NCBI RefSeq assembly: GCF_009914755.1
Contig: NC_060935.1
From: the human T2T-CHM13v2.0 reference genome, Homo sapiens
DNA: 64,000 nucleotides
Direction: 5' to 3' (one strand)
Under the pieces are notes generated by a model. That model had not been told where the DNA came from and did no database searches. It was given only the letters and a program-made list of their open reading frames with translations. The translations under genes were made by a program, and so were the position numbers. The stretch's first letter is position 1, and each line of letters starts with the position of its first letter. Below, piece by piece: positions 57,621 through 64,000 of the stretch.

Positions 57621-60321
57621 AGAGTGTAAAGTTGTCCCCAGGTGTCTGGAAGAAACAAATACACATTATTTCTTTTGAAACTCACCTTCAACCCAAGTCT
57701 CAAAGAATTCCCATAGATAAATACCCAGAAGACATAAACTCTAAATAAATGGGGAAACAATAAATCCAGCCACAAAATTTTCAAGAAAGTGAATCATCAT
57801 GATTGAGAATCAGCAAAAGAAAATAACAAAGTAAAAAGCTCAAACAATTCAAAGTGTAGGATAAATAATATACAATATGTTCTAATATGTTCAAGACGTA
57901 AAGGAGAAAATGAAAGGCATAATTAAGGACAAAAGACTACTAAAAACAGAGAGCTGATGTGAACAAAGAACCAAATAAAATTTCCAGAAATTAAAAAAAA
58001 GTAGCTATTGAAAATAGCCTTTAAGGAATTAAACAGCAGGTTAGACACACCTGAATAGAGCACCAGGGAGTGAAAACTAGATCTCAGGAAATTTCTCTGG
58101 AAGACACCACAGAGGATAAGAAGATGAGAAATGAGATGAAGTTAAGAAAAGTGGAGGATGGAACAAAGTGATTCAAGATGTAGAAACATAGGTAGCTCAA
58201 AAAAATACTTTTGAGATAATTAGAAAAGAAATGGTATTATTAAACAAATGCACACAGAGACAAGGACAATACGGTCTGAGGCTCAGGCACTATTTCCCTC
58301 TTCATCTGAGTATAAACCGTAACATTATTGAAAGTATCTTGCCAGTACACTTTTAATGAGAGTTTCAGTAATGGAAAATAGGAAAAGAGGTATTACTAAA
58401 AAAAAAAACAAGTTTGCTAAGAATTTTCTATAACTTAAATATACAAGTCCATTGATTTAGGTAGCACAATAAGCCCCAACAGCATTTATCATAAGAAATC
58501 AAACCTAGACTTACTATAGTAAAGCTGCAGAACACCAAACATACAGAACAGACTTTAAAATCAACCCAAAAGGAAAGGTAGATTACCTAAAGTAACACAA
58601 CTAAATATGGAGTAAGATGGAATCTATAAGAGAGTAGAGTTACATTTTCAAGGAACACCAAAAAAACAAAACTAGAATTTTGTTGCCATGAAAAAATAAG
58701 TATTTCTTCAGAAAAAAAGAATAAAATAAAAACATTTTTGGACAAACAATGCACATTTTATGACCATTACTGAAATTTCAAAATAGATGCTCATGGAAAC
58801 CTGTAAGTAATAAAAGAGGAAAGGTTGGAGATACTAGAAGAAACAGAAAGTACAATTCTGAGTAGCATAAGTGGGAGTCTTGATCTAATTGACATAAATC
58901 CCTACTAATCAGCTAGAGAATGCACTTTCTTTTCAAATATACATGGAACATTTACAAAAATTTACCCTATACTAGGCCATAGTTCAAGCCTCAACAAATG
59001 TCAAAGAGTCTATGCCATAGAAACAATGTTGTTGACCACAAAATAATGAGAAATCAGGAATAAAGAAATAGCTTTGAAAACATATATATTTTTAAATTTT
59101 AAAAGTCCATTTCTAAATAACACAGGAGTTAAAGAAGAAAACTAAACAGCAATAATACTGAATATTACAATATGTGGAATGCTGCTAAAATGATTGAAAG
59201 AAGAAAACTTATAGCCTTAAGTATTTACATTAGAAAAGGAAGAAAAAGTATGAAAACCAATAAGCAAAGTCTCCAAAGTAAGATGTTAGGGGGAAAAAAA
59301 TAAAAGAAAGTTGGGAAGAAGACTGTAAAAAACAGAACAAATATTTCAAAAGTAGAAAATAAATACAATAGAGAAAATCAGCAAGGCCCAATTTAGTGTT
59401 TTCATAACAAATAAAATTTTAAAAATTCTGGAAAGATCTCTCAAGAAAAAGAAGAGTACCAGGAACATCATTTTGCATAATTCCAAGAGCTACATTTCAT
59501 ATCATATGCTACATAAATGGTGTATTTATGAATATATTAATGGACTGTGATCCATGGAATCTGATTCATATAGAATAATACATTGTTAACAGTGTCCCTT
59601 AAAGTTATGCGAAAGGAAGGAATTGGGGAATGTAAAAATAATATTAGGAATGAAAAGGGAGACATATCAAGATAGGTAACAGAAAATTTGAAACGATAAT
59701 AAGATAATACTTTACAAAGCTTTTCTCTACCAAATTTGAAAATTAAAAAAAATGACAAATTTCCTGACAATCATAACTTATTAAACTTTGCTCAAGAATA
59801 AAGAGAAAACCTGAATAATCATATAAATATTAAAACAGTGAATAAAAAGTTTTAAAATATTCTTACAAGGAAATACTAGACCCAGATAGTTTTACAGACA
59901 AGTTCTTCCATTTAACCAAGAGGTGAAAAATTTCACACTTAAACATTTCTGTAGAATGAGGAAAAGAGGTACACTCACCAGTTCAATTTCAGAATAGTAT
60001 AATGTCAATACTAAAATTAGGCAATCTCATTGTACTCATAGATGCAAAAACACTTACTAAATTTTACCATACTAAATCTAGCTATATACATGTTCTTCAT
60101 TTTATAATATAAATTCATCACAAGCAAGTTGACTTTATTTCAGAATGTAAACTGGGTTTAATATTAGAAAATGTATTAATAATTCAGTTCATTAATATGA
60201 AGACAAATTTATACTTTGTTTCAATTTAGTAGTGATAAAATATGTAAAACATCTAACTGAATGACAGCTGATAGAAGTTCAATAAACTATTTCCTCCTCC
60301 CTCCTAAAATGCTAATGAACC

Positions 60322-60700
60322 AGTGTATCATTTTCTGTGGTTATAAACAACGAACTCTGATTAACTAAATCAGAAAGAGTCTTTATCAGAAGGAATGTGG
60401 GAAAGCTTTAGATAAAATAACCAGATATGGAAAAAGCAGCTGCTGCTAGAATGATTAAATTCCAACTGAACTTAGATTGTCTATCTGCCTCCTGTAAGGG
60501 GGAAGCATCTGCCTGAAGGCATAGGTTTCAGCCTCTGGGATTCCTTCAGCTTCTGGAGCATGGGGACACCTGTCTGGATTTACAGTCATATCAAAATTAC
60601 CATCAGTGGGAGACAGGTGATTCCCAAGAGGAAAATGGAGTACAATGAGGAAAAGAAAAATGAATGTTGGGCAGACAGAAAGACAATAAATATCCACCCT
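60322..60700 (-). mobile_element. Old MLT1-like LTR fragment
   Basis: actctgattaactaaatcagaaag...gaatgttgggcagacagaaagacaataaatatccac. Confidence 0.45.
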
Positions 60701-61384
60701 AACATGTTTGGCTAGAAGCAGTCCTGACATGGAAGGAAATAAACAAGCTCCCACAAATCAGCTTTCCTGCTAGAAATCAGTTTAACCCTCCCTAATCTAG
60801 TTCTTCGTCACTGGATTAATGTCTACAGTGGTGCCAGTTCTTTCTCCTCAAACCAGTTTTTTTTTCTCAGTGTTTAGAGAAATAGGTAAAACCACCAGAC
60901 AGCTGTCATCAAACTAGTACCTTCTTTGTACAGATGATCAAATAGGTATCAGGCCAGTTTCTGCTAATGGGAACACCTTTCCAACTACCTCCCCAGTCTT
61001 ATTCCAGCATAAAATCTTTACTTATTGCTGATGAAAAAAATTACCCAAGATTATACTATCATTTTAAAATTGGACTGAAGTAGAAAACAATCAAGAGGCT
61101 CCTGTCGAATGAGACGTTAAATGATAAAATATGTTGGGGCTCCTGGCCTTTGTCTACTCATTCAAGGTAGTGATCAGTTATCCATTGCAAGCCTATGCCA
61201 GGCTGTAGATGAGAGTATTTGTCTCAGAAGTTTTGTTTTATCATAACCATTTGTCCTTAAATACCAATTTGGCTTTCTATAAGGAATTTAGCACATTTAC
61301 AGAAATCTCAGTGCTCTTTAGTTATGGCATCATTAAAAATTAAAACTCATATATCACCTGAAAGAAGTCTACTGGCTTTAAATA

Positions 61385-61800
61385 CACAAAAAATACTCAA
61401 TCTCTCTCCTACCACTAATGCTATATAATTGATACCATATTAGTTGCACCTCCTCTCCAGTCTAGGCGACAGAGCGAGACTCCGTCACAAAAAAAAAAAA
61501 GTTCCCATATCCAGATGCTACTCTACTGCTTGAATTCAGTCTTCCATATGACTCTAGGACTATAGATAGCATCTCATTTATTTCCCTTCCTCTCATCTTA
61601 ACCTCCTTCCATCTGTCCTCCACATTGCTGCCAGAATAGCATTTGTACCATGAAACTCTGACCATGGTGCTTCCTGCCTGGTATTCATCCATTTTTCCCT
61701 TGGCTTTTGGCATACTCCTTAATTCACAAAAGAAGGCCCTTTGTGATCTGACCCCGACTTACCTTCTCAATACTCTTTCACTTGTCTACATTTCAGCAAA
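61385..61800 (+). mobile_element. L2 fragment
   Basis: ctccacattgctgccagaatag...aaggccctttgtgatctgacccc. Confidence 0.65.
61455..61500 (+). mobile_element. Very short Alu 3'-end fragment with A-tail
   Basis: ctccagtctaggcgacagagcgagactccgtcac followed by A12. Confidence 0.85.
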
Positions 61801-61924
61801 GCTGTTGTCTTAGCATGGTTCATTTTCCTATTATCTACTCATAAATATCATGTGTTAGCACGGCGTCCATTCCCCCGAGAAGATTTTCTGGATTATATGG
61901 TTAGGTTTTCTTCAGCTCTGACAC

Positions 61925-62540
61925 ACCCCAAGCTAAGATGACGCCTAATATTTATTTCTCTGTTCCCTGCTGTCCATGCATTTACCTAGTACCTTCTCCT
62001 TGAGTTGAAGTGGTGATTGGCATCTAAATAATATAATATAGCAAAGGTGATGGGATGTCACCCTCTTTATTAGGTTACATTAAATGGCAAAAAAGATGGG
62101 ATATCATGCCCATGATTACCTTACATTATATAAGACACACTTCTTAGAAGATTGGAGAGAGACTCTCATGTTGGCCTTAAAGAAGCAACAGCCATGTTGT
62201 GAACTGCCTATGGAGAGGGCTGCATGGCAGGGTACTGTGGGCAGACTCTAGTAGCTAAGGCATCTTCCAGCCAACAGCCAATAAGAAGCTGAGGCTCTCA
62301 GCCATACCCCCACAAGGAAATACATTCTGTTAACAATCCAAGTAAGCTGGAATTAGATCTGTCCTTGGCTTAGCCTCTTGTAAGACTGCAGCCCTGGATT
62401 CCAGCCAGTGAGACAATGAAGCAGAGAGTCCTGCTATGCTGTGCTTGGGCTTGACCAAAGGAAACTGTGAAATAATAAACATGGTTTGTTTCAAGGGACT
62501 GTTCGTGGAAATGTGTTACGCAGCATAGAAAATGAATGCA
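61925..62540 (+). mobile_element. MLT1E/F-type MaLR LTR
   Basis: gcaaaggtgatgggatgtcac, gccatgttgtgaactgcctatggagaggg, gaaactgtgaaataataaa, gttacgcagcatagaaaatgaat. Confidence 0.85.
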
Positions 62541-63424
62541 TTAACAGCCCAAGATGCTTTTCATTGGGCTCCTACTGCACTTTTCACATACCTCCATCAA
62601 GCAGCTGAAACTTTTATACTCAAATAAATTGTTTCCCAACAGATAAAAAATTTCAAGAGCAGTTACTGTGTCTTTTTTTCTAGCATCTAGTATAGGAAGC
62701 TCTCGATGACGCTTTTTTTTTTTTTGCAATGAGAAAATAATTTTTAAAAAGAACAAAAGTAAATGTGGAAAGCTGGAAGTGTATTTATTGAAAGCATTTT
62801 ATCATTGAACATAGAGCTATTTCAACGTTAATAATCTATAAGCCTACATCTTAAAAATTTAAATATAGGAAAACCAAACAGGGCTATTATTTAATGAGGG
62901 CCTATTATATACTTGGTGCTGAACTAATAAATATGGAAAATGCAACTTTAAAAGACTCTTACATAATTTCTCATGGTTCATATGGAAAAATTTGAGCTTT
63001 ATCCAAGCAACATTAGTTAAATGTATAAATCTTCAAATAAATGTTGTCGAAGATAGTTGGGATAGTAAGCTTTGCAAAATTAAGCTGCCCTAGAGATGTT
63101 TAAGCTCACACTTCAGTCCCTCCTATTAGAATGATAATAAAAGGAATTCAAATACTGAACTGCGTAACCTTTGAGGTCCCTTTTAGTTCAAAGATTTCAT
63201 GATCCTTAAAACTGCAATTTGGAAAACATTATTTTGTGGCAGGCTAATGAATTATAGCCAATGACATGATAACTATATTAAATATATATATATTAGAAAG
63301 ATAACTCCGAAATGCATTCTCACGAACCCTACATATTCCTTTAAATAAAGTATCTGCCCAAAAAACCTAAGACATGTTGTTCCAGTAAAACTGGAACTGG
63401 GTGCTGATTTTCCTCTATATGTGC

Positions 63425-63457
63425 TGCAATGACTCCAGAAGCCACAAGGTGGCAGAG
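63425..63457 (+). promoter_or_regulatory. Candidate CTCF binding site (core plus upstream motif)
   Basis: Core gCCACAAGGTGGCAG 63441-63455; TGCAATG at 63425, 17 nt before the core CCAC. Confidence 0.6.
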
Positions 63458-64000
63458 TGTTGGTACTGTGTTTCTAATTCACAAGACTTCACAACAGGAG
63501 TTCATGATACATTCAAAGGCAACTTTAACTGAGATTTTGAATTCTTCCATCTGTTTCCATGTGCCAGGTGCAGGGGTTGGATGGAGAAACTGAGATGTAT
63601 ATTTGGAGGCTCTTGAAAAAGGAGATGACAAGATATAAAATCATGTGTATTTAAAGAAAAACTCTTTGTTGGCATAACTCCCAATTTGCCTCTGACCTCA
63701 AAATTATCACAGCTCAACCTGATCACTGACTTCTCCAATCATTTCTGTAACATTTACCCTTCCACACTTAAACTGGTACAAATTCGCGAATCTAACACTC
63801 CCATTTAGATCTCTAAATCATCTAAAGCAGTAAAATTTTTTTAATCTCTTTAAAGAGTTTTAAAAAAAATCAAAGAGGCATACTCTTGTCTTTATTTCCA
63901 TACATTGCTACAAGTCACAGCCCCAAATGAATATTATTTCAGTTCTATGAACAGGGTAAAGAACTTGTTCTCATGCTTTGACCTCAGGCTTTAGAGATTT

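Larger units (their letters stand above)
56400..60230 (+). mobile_element. Ancient L1M ORF1-ORF2 remnants, interrupted by MLT1A and an Alu
   Basis: A-rich; aacagcaggttagacacacctgaa, catggaacatttacaaaaattt, gagaaaacctgaata, gacccagatagttttacagacaagttc, atagatgcaaaaa match L1 ORF1/ORF2. Confidence 0.75.

Noticed and set aside
62040-62135. Tandem duplication gcaaaggtgatgggatgtcac / gcaaaaaagatgggatatcat
   Set aside because: Lies inside an MLT1E-type LTR; as I recall, a similar internal repeat is part of the family consensus.

Overview
AT-rich, CpG-poor primate (human-like) genomic DNA that reads as intergenic or deep intronic sequence. I recognise no cellular protein-coding exon, RNA gene or CpG island. 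The only long ORFs are broken LINE-1 ORF1/ORF2 remnants. The window is dominated by interspersed repeats: about 11 Alus or Alu fragments, a 4.7-kb L1PA2-like element with a 5' inversion (twin priming), a ~4.8-kb old L1MA/MB copy, ancient L1M fragments, MaLR solo LTRs (THE1, MST, MLT1), hAT MITEs (MER5A, MER58A, MER30) and many MIR/L2 relics. These alternate with repeat-poor stretches that may hold regulatory elements. The most notable sequence-level observations are: (i) the twin-primed L1, which has a 30-nt duplication at its inversion breakpoint; (ii) an unexplained ~135-bp direct repeat 1.17 kb apart; (iii) a two-part Alu inside one TSD; (iv) an AP-1/G-quadruplex/TATA/splice-donor cluster near 10.2 kb; (v) a CTCF site with an upstream motif at 63.4 kb. 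I found no convincing novel biological system. Repeat subfamily names come from recalled consensus sequences, and boundaries of old repeats are approximate.
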